Sequence record: MK514281.1
Strand: one strand, 5' to 3'
DNA: 64,000 bases
The notes beneath the pieces were generated by a model. That model did no database searches, was not told the DNA's origin, and was given only the letters and a program-made list of their open reading frames with translations. This document shows, piece after piece, positions 18,743-27,451 of the stretch. Position numbers and translations under genes: made by a program. The stretch's first letter is position 1. Every line of letters begins with the position of its first letter.

Positions 18743-19471
18743 GTGATGGATATTGAGAATAAAAAGATCTTGGGTTTGGTGTTGAATGACTTTGTGGACA
18801 TGTGCATGCTACAGCTCAACAACAAGAACCGTGATGTCTGCATCAATGAGTTAAACTCGGGGCTGTGTGGTGTAGCGGCCATGTGCGTTGGGAATGTCAT
18901 GCGTGAGCGCTACGGGGCAACTGACATCGACTGGGAGTCACACTGTTTGCACATGTGGCTGGTATTGGATGGCAAACGCTACGACACTCTTTATCCGGAA
19001 GGTTATGACGTCCCGGTGGTAGATGCCTGGTTACTGAAAGAGCAGAAATACAACAGCCATGTCATGGCCGGGGAAAGTGTCATCGATATTGAAGATAACA
19101 GTGGCTATGTGGCGGGTGGTTGGTGGGATTGTCTTTATCTCATCAAAGGCTGGTATGAACGCTACGGTATGGCGCCTCCTGCTTACGTTAAACGCATGAT
19201 GACCAATCTACGCGGTAATCATCTCCATCGCCGAGAGCGTCGTGCAGCGCGTCGTTACCAGCTCGTGTTGAAAGCCCCACTTCCCTCTTTTACCGATGAA
19301 GTGCGCACCAACACCGTATTGCCGATGACCCACTATTGGCACGGTGAGTTCGAAGGTAGCCAAGAGCGTGTTCTGGCGCGTAAGCCGGGCATGCCGTCCG
19401 TGAAGACCTATAAAAGCTTATTGAAGTATTACCGTGAGAAAGGTGTGCCTGTCACGCAGTACTTCTGTTAA
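18743..19471 (+). CDS. Putative papain/transglutaminase-like Cys-His-Asp protein
   Basis: NSGLCG..A / HMW / RYD motifs; paralog of 26905-27444. Confidence 0.5.
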   Translation: MMDIENKKILGLVLNDFVDMCMLQLNNKNRDVCINELNSGLCGVAAMCVGNVMRERYGATDIDWESHCLHMWLVLDGKRYDTLYPEGYDVPVVDAWLLKEQKYNSHVMAGESVIDIEDNSGYVAGGWWDCLYLIKGWYERYGMAPPAYVKRMMTNLRGNHLHRRERRAARRYQLVLKAPLPSFTDEVRTNTVLPMTHYWHGEFEGSQERVLARKPGMPSVKTYKSLLKYYREKGVPVTQYFC

Positions 19472-19620
19472 TCAATCATATACGTAAAGGGGTCTGGCGA
19501 AAGCCATATCCCTTTTGGTTATGCTGTCTTTTTTTTGGTTAAGAAATACTAGCCTTCTCCATTATATGCAATTTACACGATACACTTTTCTATTTATTAC
19601 ATCAGCAAGAGAGATAAGAC

Positions 19621-19764
19621 ATGAGCGCACCTGAAGAATTTGATATGGACGGCCTGGAATCACTGGATCTGGAAGGCGCTGAGAAAGCGGCAGAAGAGAA
19701 AGCAGCCGGCGGTGGCGAAGCCCTGTCTGATGGCGAAGCAGATTGCGAAGGTTGCAAGATCTAA
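19621..19764 (+). CDS. 47-aa acidic peptide ending in CxxCKI (NrdA C-terminal tail-like), not in the ORF track
   Basis: MSAPEEFDMDGLESLDLEGAEKAAEEKAAGGGEALSDGEADCEGCKI; purine-rich RBS AAGAGAG; upstream terminator and TATG. Confidence 0.8.
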   Translation: MSAPEEFDMDGLESLDLEGAEKAAEEKAAGGGEALSDGEADCEGCKI

Positions 19765-19817
19765 ATGCTGTGATGTGAATCGGGTCTGATATGGGATCAG
19801 TTAACCGAGGAAACATC

Positions 19818-20117
19818 ATGAACATCTATCTTGTCCAACGCAAATCAGAGCCCCGTTACACACCGGATTCATTTATCGCTGTTGCAACATCGACCGAAGA
19901 GGTGCTGATGATTCACCCTAGCTACTTTCAGGGAAAGAACACACCTGTGAAGTTTGACGAGGCAATGGCCGCCCTCTGGGCGAATGAGTTATCCGATCAG
20001 CCAATGGATCATCAATGGGTTACCGATAAGAACGAGCTCGAGGTCACCTATCTGGGTCAGGCTGCGATGGAGTTGACCGGCCCCACGATCATTGAGATGT
20101 GGTACGGGTACGCCTGA
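19818..20117 (+). CDS. Hypothetical protein
   Basis: GAGGA RBS before ATG at 19818; MNIYLV...DSFIAVA start; terminator at 20125-20150. Confidence 0.7.
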   Translation: MNIYLVQRKSEPRYTPDSFIAVATSTEEVLMIHPSYFQGKNTPVKFDEAMAALWANELSDQPMDHQWVTDKNELEVTYLGQAAMELTGPTIIEMWYGYA

Positions 20118-20257
20118 TCATACGGGGAGGCTTCGGCCTCCCTTTATGCCGGTCGTTATCCTATGACTTGTATTTGGCAGGTCTGAGGTGACGTATGTTT
20201 AAACGTTTCATGTTCTATCTGTTCAGTAAGTTATTTGACCATAAAGGGGAGTACACC

Positions 20258-20806
20258 ATGTCCGAAGCAGTGAAAGATCAGCAAAGCAATGATGTTAATG
20301 CAACCAACGATGTTGAGGTGCAGCCAACACCTGCTGAGACCTCTGCACCGGAACTGGCATCTAACGATGTGGTTGCCGCACCGGAAGCCGCAGGCGATGC
20401 CCGTCCTGAAGTCCAGGATACGGTAGAGTCGACGCCAGTGGTGATTGAGCCGGTTGCAGTTGCTGAACCATCCGCACCTGTCGTGGCACCTGCTCCTGTT
20501 GTTGTACCTGCGGCTGAGCCAGCTCCCGCACCTGTAGCACCGACCACCCCGACCGACAGCGATAAGACTGAAGGCGAACCCGATACCAATCGCTTCGACC
20601 ATCTGGCCAGTACTCTGAAGAGTTTACTTCAGGTAGCCGGTCATGAGCTCGACGAAGCATTTGACGATGCAGTACCTTTGGCAAAACAGATCGCTTCCAG
20701 TGACGAAGAGTTCGGTGACAAGCTGAAAGACATCCTTGTGGTTGTTGGTTGTGAATACGGCGAAGCTTTCCATCATTTCTTCAGCTATGCGAAGAAGCAC
20801 ATCTAA
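20258..20806 (+). CDS. Pro/Ala/Val-rich disordered protein with two C-terminal helical repeats
   Basis: GGGGAG RBS before ATG at 20258; LKSLLQVAGHELDEAFDDAVPLAK and LKDILVVVGCEYGEAFHHFFSYAK; terminator at 20815-20843. Confidence 0.7.
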   Translation: MSEAVKDQQSNDVNATNDVEVQPTPAETSAPELASNDVVAAPEAAGDARPEVQDTVESTPVVIEPVAVAEPSAPVVAPAPVVVPAAEPAPAPVAPTTPTDSDKTEGEPDTNRFDHLASTLKSLLQVAGHELDEAFDDAVPLAKQIASSDEEFGDKLKDILVVVGCEYGEAFHHFFSYAKKHI

Positions 20807-20884
20807 GAAAACAGGGGGCGGGATTTCCTGCCCCTTTTATGCCGATTATCTTATAACTGACTTACATCATTAAAGGGTTTTACC

Positions 20885-21850
20885 ATGACAGTTATTCAGC
20901 ACGAGGCTATTGGTTATTGTGGGCATGCTATGGTTGTGCACCAAATGGAAAAAGATCAAGTAACCATTAAGCATTACGCAAAGCAGATGGAAGGTGCCGG
21001 GTTGGAGGCGTTTGATACTCCTTCGCACAAACTGGTACTGCAGGGTATGTCAGCTCGCTACGGCGACTACATGAAACTTGGTTCTGGCCAGGAAGGCTTG
21101 GGAACAATGGTTCTGTTGGGGGTGGCTATCGGTGGTGGAGTAGCGGCATACAAGAAATTGATGCTGGCGAAAAACTCCCCGATTACAAAAGATATCAGTG
21201 ATGTATTGAGTAAGGTCACTGAAACCTATACCCCGAAATGGCTCGAAGGTAAAGCCTCGGTTAATAAAGATGTAACTTGCGGAAAACTGAATAAGTTATT
21301 CGGTGGGTCTGAGTTGTCAGTACTTGATACTGCAGCCATCAAATACGCCACCCAAGCTGAACGTGAAGCAAAAGCAGCCGGCGTATATTTGACAGGTGCG
21401 TGGGATAAAATAAAACCTCTGTTGGAGCGGTGGAAGAAAGCTGGTGAAGGGGAGGAGGATGAAGTCATCGAGTTAATGACTGATCTATACCCAGAGCCAC
21501 CTTACTCTACTATGCCTGTTATTCACGCCAATACCCCTGGCGGTAAAGGTGAAAAAGTTAAAGCTCTCTCAGAGGCTGAATACCCTAAAGCAGTTGCGTT
21601 ATTGAAAGCACTCCTGAAAGCCGCCGAAGAAGTCGACGGGATGTCTTATGATATTGCCAATAGCGTTGGATTTAAAGATCACTGGTACGAGGGTATCCCG
21701 ACCGATAAACGTGGCGAGGAGCACGCATTCCAATACGGACACTACCGCTACTACCTTGACCATTATGGTGTAAAGACATGGAGTCAACACGAAGCATTGA
21801 TCAATGCTGCCCGCGGTGTCGAGGAATGGATCACCAAGTCATTTAAGTAA
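20885..21850 (+). CDS. Putative virion head (internal/ejection) protein with prohead-protease sites
   Basis: AGLE/A and SGQE/G fit the S/A/G-X-E cleavage motif, followed by a hydrophobic helix; terminator at 21859-21889. Confidence 0.65.
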   Translation: MTVIQHEAIGYCGHAMVVHQMEKDQVTIKHYAKQMEGAGLEAFDTPSHKLVLQGMSARYGDYMKLGSGQEGLGTMVLLGVAIGGGVAAYKKLMLAKNSPITKDISDVLSKVTETYTPKWLEGKASVNKDVTCGKLNKLFGGSELSVLDTAAIKYATQAEREAKAAGVYLTGAWDKIKPLLERWKKAGEGEEDEVIELMTDLYPEPPYSTMPVIHANTPGGKGEKVKALSEAEYPKAVALLKALLKAAEEVDGMSYDIANSVGFKDHWYEGIPTDKRGEEHAFQYGHYRYYLDHYGVKTWSQHEALINAARGVEEWITKSFK

Positions 21851-21934
21851 TCGCTACGAGGGGAGGTGTGATCACTCCCCTTTTATGCCGGGCGAGGAAT
21901 CGTATAGGTGCTTTTGCCAACGAGGAATCTTATC

Positions 21935-22717
21935 GTGTTTGAAATGCTTTTAGGCGGTAGTCCGAACGGGAACTTGCCATTTGGGCAGTTGTTAGCCAAA
22001 ACAACAACAGACTTTACAGTCCCTGCCGGAGTGACCGATATTTCCGGTGTTGCTATCGGTGGCGGCGGCGGGAACTCACGCGGCAATACCATTGGTGGGT
22101 CAGGGGGTGATTTGCGCTGGCGGAATCACATTGCCGTTATTCCAGGTGAAGTGCTGTCACTTATTACCGGTGTGGTAACAGCGGCTGGTAAACCGGGCAC
22201 CTCCAGTAAGATCATCCGTAAGTCAACCGGCGAAGTATTACTGATCGCTAAAGGCGGTGACTCCACCGATGTATCAACGCCGATCAATGGAGCTGATATA
22301 GGTGGAGGGAACGGCGGTGTTGGCACCAATCCATCAGGTGGTGGAGCTGGCGGGTATACCGGCAATGGCGGTAAAGGTGGTTCAGCTGCCGATGTTGACT
22401 CTGGCGGTGGTGGCGGTGGTAGCTCTTATACCTTCAGCGGAAACAGTTTTGGTTGTGGCGGTGGGGGCATCTACCCTAACGGCAAAGGCGCTGATGGTGG
22501 TGCGCCGCCTGTCAATACCGGCAGTCAGGCATTTGGTGGCAGAGGGGGTTCTGGTGGTAATCCTGGTCAAAACACGAATGGGGGCTTATACGGCGGTGGT
22601 GCTGGCGCACCCATTAGGATAACCTATGCAACAACAGGGACTGCTGGCTGCATCCGACTCATTTGGGGTTCAGGTCGCGCCTTCCCAGCTACGAAGACTG
22701 CAGATATTACAGCTTAA
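21935..22717 (+). CDS. Glycine-rich virion fibre/decoration protein (MFEML family)
   Basis: GTG start after GAGGAA; FTVPAGV..IS.VAIGGGG ... IRLIWG.GRAFP. Confidence 0.75.
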   Translation: MFEMLLGGSPNGNLPFGQLLAKTTTDFTVPAGVTDISGVAIGGGGGNSRGNTIGGSGGDLRWRNHIAVIPGEVLSLITGVVTAAGKPGTSSKIIRKSTGEVLLIAKGGDSTDVSTPINGADIGGGNGGVGTNPSGGGAGGYTGNGGKGGSAADVDSGGGGGGSSYTFSGNSFGCGGGGIYPNGKGADGGAPPVNTGSQAFGGRGGSGGNPGQNTNGGLYGGGAGAPIRITYATTGTAGCIRLIWGSGRAFPATKTADITA

Positions 22718-22726
22718 GGACTGATC

Positions 22727-23332
22727 ATGTTTGAAATGTTATTTTGCGGCAAGCCAGCATCAGTTGGCGGCCAACAACTCTTCACTACTGCCGGTACCTT
22801 TAGCTTTGTAGTCCCGGCGGGGATTACTGAGCTCGACGCCTATACTCAAGGTGGTGGCGGTGGTGGCGGTAATGGTAACCCAGGTGTATACAAAGGAGCG
22901 TCAGGCGGCTCTGGCAAAGTAGGTGCTAACGGTTATCTGAACAATATTTCAGTTACACCCGGTGAAACACTGACCGTTATTGTTGGTGCTGCAGGTGCGG
23001 CATTAAAAGCTGGGGAGGCGACCCAATTACTTCGTGGCAGTAACGTGTTACTTGCTGTAGCGGGTGGGGCCGCAGGTGTTACAGCAACTGGCACAAGCAG
23101 TTCTGAGAACAACCTAGGCACTAGCGGTACCGCGGCACCAACGATTCCAGGTAATACCACAACCTACCCTGCTGCAAACAAACGCCCTGGAAGTGGTGGT
23201 AACGGTGGTGCGGGGCGTTACAACGGCGGGGGTGGCATAGTGACCGGACCAGGTATCGCAGGTGGCTGCCGCCTGATGTGGGGTAAAGATCGCGATTACC
23301 CATCAACAGGCGTAGCTGACGTCAAGATGTAA
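22727..23332 (+). CDS. Glycine-rich virion fibre/decoration protein (MFEML family)
   Basis: FVVPAGIT...QGGGGGG ... CRLMWGKDRDYP; paralog of its neighbour. Confidence 0.75.
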   Translation: MFEMLFCGKPASVGGQQLFTTAGTFSFVVPAGITELDAYTQGGGGGGGNGNPGVYKGASGGSGKVGANGYLNNISVTPGETLTVIVGAAGAALKAGEATQLLRGSNVLLAVAGGAAGVTATGTSSSENNLGTSGTAAPTIPGNTTTYPAANKRPGSGGNGGAGRYNGGGGIVTGPGIAGGCRLMWGKDRDYPSTGVADVKM

Positions 23333-23384
23333 ATATGTAAATACTCGCTTTCTTATATAACCCTTCCCTCATTGAGATTGAATT

Positions 23385-23963
23385 ATGGCCAAGATGACTT
23401 TCTATTACGCTTCGATGAACGCCGGAAAATCCACCGCATGCATCCAAGCAGGTTACAACTATTTAGAACGCGGACTGCGGGCCTTGATGATCAAGCCTGA
23501 AGTTGATAACCGCGATGACACAGATAAAGTCAGCTCGCGTGTCGGTCTCAGTGCGAAGGCGGTTGTTTTTGACAGTGAGGTTAATCTAACCGAACTGGTA
23601 TTACACCAGATGAAGACTTCCAAGGTCTCGGTGGTATTGGTTGATGAAGCGCAGTTCCTGACACCGGATCAAGTCAAAGAGCTCAGTGACATCGCCGACT
23701 TCGAAGACATCCCCGTGGTCTGCTATGGTTTGCGTACCGATTTCCAAGGTGAACTCTTTCCTGGGTCTGCAGCCTTAATGGCTCGCTCAGATCGCCTTAA
23801 AGAACTGATCGGTGTTTGCCATTGTGGCAAGACAGCTCACTTCGTACTGCGTCGTGATGACAAAGGTCAGGTGGTGAAAGAAGGCGAGCAAATCCTGATT
23901 GGCGGGAATGACCGCTATGAAGCAGTGTGTCGCAAGCACCATCGCGTGGCCATGCTGAGTTAA
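23385..23963 (+). CDS. tdk: Thymidine kinase
   Basis: YASMNAGKST, VLVDEAQFL, YGLRTDF.GELF.GS, C.CGK.A and IGGNDRY.AVCR.H motifs. Confidence 0.97.
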   Translation: MAKMTFYYASMNAGKSTACIQAGYNYLERGLRALMIKPEVDNRDDTDKVSSRVGLSAKAVVFDSEVNLTELVLHQMKTSKVSVVLVDEAQFLTPDQVKELSDIADFEDIPVVCYGLRTDFQGELFPGSAALMARSDRLKELIGVCHCGKTAHFVLRRDDKGQVVKEGEQILIGGNDRYEAVCRKHHRVAMLS

Positions 23964-23978
23964 GCCTAAGAGGTAGGT

Positions 23979-24695
23979 ATGTTAGAAATGATAATGGCGA
24001 TGCCAAAGGCGTTGATACCTAAAGCCGGTCAGCCGCTGATGGGATTTAACTTTGACCAGGCTAAAAGTATTAGCGCACCGAGTGCAACAGCATACTCCGG
24101 CGGGACGATTGAAACACTTAGCGCCAGTAACGCCCTTGCGGGATATAACCGTAGCTTGCGTTGTAATGGTACGGTGACCAACGTTACCCCGCTGAGCGCA
24201 TTATCAACCCTCGGGCTGGGTGATTTCGCCTTAGAGTGTTACGCCTGGATGACCACAATTCCCAGTACCTATTTCCAACTCTTCCTGCTTCAGTTCGCTA
24301 ACGGCAAATATCTCACCATCCGTGTGGGTGATGGCGGGTACGGTCAGCGCATGCAGGTGGGGATCGATTTAGGCAATGGCGGTAACTACTGCAGTAGCAA
24401 GACTGGCCCTTCATTGCGTAACGGCTGGCATCATTATGCTTTTGTGCGTAAAGCCGGGAAGTGTCGCTTCTTCATTGATGGCCAGCTTCAGTTACTGGCG
24501 CTGGGTACTAGCACCACCTTTAACCTCACTGAGTTTAACGGGAACTTTGATCTGTCGGGTAATTTGAGTTCGTTCGCTATTGGTAAAGCCAACTCCGGCG
24601 CGGGTGATATGTATATGCCGGAATTCCTCTTGTCCAATACCGCACGCTATCAAGAAACCTTTACACCACCTCCCGGCCCTATCTACCGCCCGTGA
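23979..24695 (+). CDS. LamG/concanavalin A-like lectin-domain virion protein (MLEM family)
   Basis: DFALECYAW, WHHYAFVRK.G..RFFIDG and EFLLSNTARY..TFTPP motifs; terminator at 24702-24728. Confidence 0.75.
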   Translation: MLEMIMAMPKALIPKAGQPLMGFNFDQAKSISAPSATAYSGGTIETLSASNALAGYNRSLRCNGTVTNVTPLSALSTLGLGDFALECYAWMTTIPSTYFQLFLLQFANGKYLTIRVGDGGYGQRMQVGIDLGNGGNYCSSKTGPSLRNGWHHYAFVRKAGKCRFFIDGQLQLLALGTSTTFNLTEFNGNFDLSGNLSSFAIGKANSGAGDMYMPEFLLSNTARYQETFTPPPGPIYRP

Positions 24696-24745
24696 CATTC
24701 TGCCAGGGTTTGTCCCTGGCTTTATGCCGTCCAAAGTATCTCAGT

Positions 24746-24764
24746 CCTACATTACCCTTGTGTA
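24746..24764 (+). promoter_or_regulatory. Putative early promoter
   Basis: CCTACATTAC-CCTT-GTGTA. Confidence 0.7.
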
Positions 24765-24817
24765 GAAAACAACATTGTTAACTTAACCTATAGTGTTTTA
24801 GCTGGGAGGTTTTTAAG

Positions 24818-25180
24818 ATGAATCACTTATTATTGGATGTGACAGAGAACGTCGCACCGATCACTCGCCAGTTTACCAACACTGATTGGGATGGCATCTT
24901 GCGTGATGTTAGCTTGTACATCATGCGCCTTTACTGTGCCTCCCAAGTACTTGGCGAACATATTCCTCATAACCCTGCGGCGCACTTAAAGGACATTCAG
25001 TGGCGCTATGGCTTTGACCCGAATGACGGGTCGGTCTCGGTAGAGTTTGTGAAACTGTATAAATGCCTGAGTGATACCATCGGGCTTTATGTGACACAGA
25101 CCAACCCCACTAAACTGTTAACCGTAGTACGTGTTTCAACGGCTAACAATATTTTTCAACTGCACTTAGGATATGCCTGA
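24818..25180 (+). CDS. Hypothetical protein translationally coupled to HslU
   Basis: GGAGG RBS; TGATG overlap with hslU. Confidence 0.7.
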   Translation: MNHLLLDVTENVAPITRQFTNTDWDGILRDVSLYIMRLYCASQVLGEHIPHNPAAHLKDIQWRYGFDPNDGSVSVEFVKLYKCLSDTIGLYVTQTNPTKLLTVVRVSTANNIFQLHLGYA

Positions 25181-26889
25181 TGTCATCATTAACCACCAAT
25201 GAAGTTGTTGAGCATTTAGACCAGTATGTTATTGGTCAGCTGGATGCCAAACGGGCGATCGCACTGGCGTATCGTGAACGAAGCTTGAAAGCGGAAAACA
25301 GCGGAGAAGGCTGGCGTTACATTACCCCCTCTAACATCATGATGGTCGGGCCGTCAGGCAGCGGTAAGACGGAACTGGCTAAGCAGTTAGCGGACATGAC
25401 CAACTCACCTTTTGTGAAGTGCGAAATCACCGAGTTCACACAAGTCGGTTACTACGGGCGTGACGTTAAAACCATTCTGACTGATCTGTTGAAAGAGGCC
25501 ATTCGGATTGCCCCGGAGATCTGGCGGAAAGAAAACAAACCAAAACTCAGTAAAGCGAACCGCGACCTGTTGGCACTGATGCTCAAAGACCCGGAAACGT
25601 TGGATGCCTTTGCTAAAGCGTTGAACATCACTGCTGATAAATGCACCGTGCCGTTTGTGGAAGAGAAACTCCTCAACGGCACCACCCTGCGTAAGCTCAA
25701 TGTGCGTTATGGTTGGCGGGCAAATCCTTTATTGGCAGCCATCGATAAACGGGCGGATAAACCGGAGAAGGGAGAAGAAGAGCCACCAATGGAAGATGCG
25801 GCGGCGTGGACACAGTGGTATGTCCGCACCAAGATGAACTTTAGCAAGCTCGGGTATTCAGGCACTGAAGACAGTCTGGTGAAAGAAGCTGCCCGCGTGT
25901 TAGAAGCGATTCCTATTAAGGATAAGATGGAGCCCGTGCTGATTGAGGTGATTGGCGAAACCCTTAATGAGAAACGCAAAAAGATCATCGCTGCCCGCGG
26001 CGCCAGTCAGCCGAAACTGATTCGTCTGCTGCTGGATGAGAAAGACTACAAAGTCCTGTGCCGTAAGCTACTGGAAACAATGGGTTCCCGACTGTGGATG
26101 AAGCTTGACACTATCATCGATATCGGTGATGCGCTGAATCAAAGCAAGAACCCACCGCCGGACTTCATTGTTAAACTGGTTGAAGAACGTGGCATTGTCT
26201 TCATTGATGAGTTCGACAAGATCTTCCTCGACAGCCGGGGCGAGAACGTCGGTAACATGGGTGTAGTGCGTGACCTGATGCCTTACCTTGATGGGGTCGT
26301 GACTGAAGTCTCTACGGTCAATGAACGTGAGCGGGGTGGTGGGTTATTTGGTGAACGGAACGAGAAGTACATCATCAATACCGCTAATATCCTCTGGATC
26401 GCATCAGGTGCGTTTCATCTCGCTAAGGTGAGTGATGTGCCCGCTGAGATCTTAGGACGTCTCCCAGTGCATGTGAAGCTCAATCGCTTGACTGCAGACG
26501 ATCTGGAAAAGGTACTCATCAAACCCCACGGGTCGATCATTGCGGGTGTCACGCTGCTGATGTCAGCGGAAGGAGCTGAGTTCGTTATTGATGCTGCTGC
26601 GATTCGTGCCATTGCTGATCTGGCGTATGAGTGCAATACCGTCGGTGAGGATACCGGGGCACGTCGTCTGAAAGGCGTCTGCTTCGAGTTGTTCCGCGAC
26701 ATGCTCTATGGCGCATCCAACCTATTACCTGACCAAAAGAAAGTGCACTTCACCGCAGAGCAAGTAATGGCTGAGCGTGAACGCATTCTGGCGACTGTTG
26801 AACGCCGTAAAGAAAAACCCAAAGAAACCGACCCTGCTCAGCGCTTTGCAAAAGCCATGAAAGAGCTTGGGGCTTTGGTTAACAATTAA
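25180..26889 (+). CDS. hslU: HslU-like AAA+ ATPase/unfoldase
   Basis: LDQYVIGQ.DAKRAIA, ITPSNIMMVGPSGSGKTE, EFTQVGYYGRDV, IVFIDEFDKI, ILWIASGAFH, GRLPVHV.L and GARRL motifs. Confidence 0.92.
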   Translation: MSSLTTNEVVEHLDQYVIGQLDAKRAIALAYRERSLKAENSGEGWRYITPSNIMMVGPSGSGKTELAKQLADMTNSPFVKCEITEFTQVGYYGRDVKTILTDLLKEAIRIAPEIWRKENKPKLSKANRDLLALMLKDPETLDAFAKALNITADKCTVPFVEEKLLNGTTLRKLNVRYGWRANPLLAAIDKRADKPEKGEEEPPMEDAAAWTQWYVRTKMNFSKLGYSGTEDSLVKEAARVLEAIPIKDKMEPVLIEVIGETLNEKRKKIIAARGASQPKLIRLLLDEKDYKVLCRKLLETMGSRLWMKLDTIIDIGDALNQSKNPPPDFIVKLVEERGIVFIDEFDKIFLDSRGENVGNMGVVRDLMPYLDGVVTEVSTVNERERGGGLFGERNEKYIINTANILWIASGAFHLAKVSDVPAEILGRLPVHVKLNRLTADDLEKVLIKPHGSIIAGVTLLMSAEGAEFVIDAAAIRAIADLAYECNTVGEDTGARRLKGVCFELFRDMLYGASNLLPDQKKVHFTAEQVMAERERILATVERRKEKPKETDPAQRFAKAMKELGALVNN

Positions 26890-26904
26890 CCCTCTGGAGT
26901 TGTC

Positions 26905-27444
26905 ATGGACCACAATACCGCTCTTTGTACGTTAAACCCGAAAGTCTTGATTCAGAATGAGTTGTATCGCTTCATTCGTCTGTACGCTTTGTTTAATGGC
27001 TTGGATGTCCACGATGTGAAAGCAATAACCAAGAAGATCAATTCTGGCGATTGTGGTCTGGCGGCAATTACCGTGCACCACCTGCTAAAAGAAAAGTACA
27101 AACTGGATACGGATATCCTGATGTGTCGTAATCACTGCTGGCTGGCTTATCACGAAGGTGAATACGACACGGCCTTTCCCAGCGGCTACACGAAACGGGT
27201 GGTGGAGGTCTGGGATGGAAGCCCGGATGAGCCTGTCCACTATTTAACCTTTCAGGAAGCGTGTGATGAATGGATGCCGATGGATGTCAAAGGGGCTTAC
27301 ATTGTGAAAGCCTTCTGTGCCATCACGTGGACACAGTTTCCCAAAGAGCTTCAGCATTGCTTAGACAATGCGGACGAATATGAGATGCCGGGTATTGCAG
27401 CGCAGTACGAGGCGAAATGTAAATTTGTCACTGACAACATGTAG
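26905..27444 (+). CDS. Putative papain/transglutaminase-like Cys-His-Asp protein
   Basis: NSGDCG.AA / HCW / EYD motifs; paralog of 18743-19471. Confidence 0.5.
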   Translation: MDHNTALCTLNPKVLIQNELYRFIRLYALFNGLDVHDVKAITKKINSGDCGLAAITVHHLLKEKYKLDTDILMCRNHCWLAYHEGEYDTAFPSGYTKRVVEVWDGSPDEPVHYLTFQEACDEWMPMDVKGAYIVKAFCAITWTQFPKELQHCLDNADEYEMPGIAAQYEAKCKFVTDNM

Positions 27445-27451
27445 GTGGATT

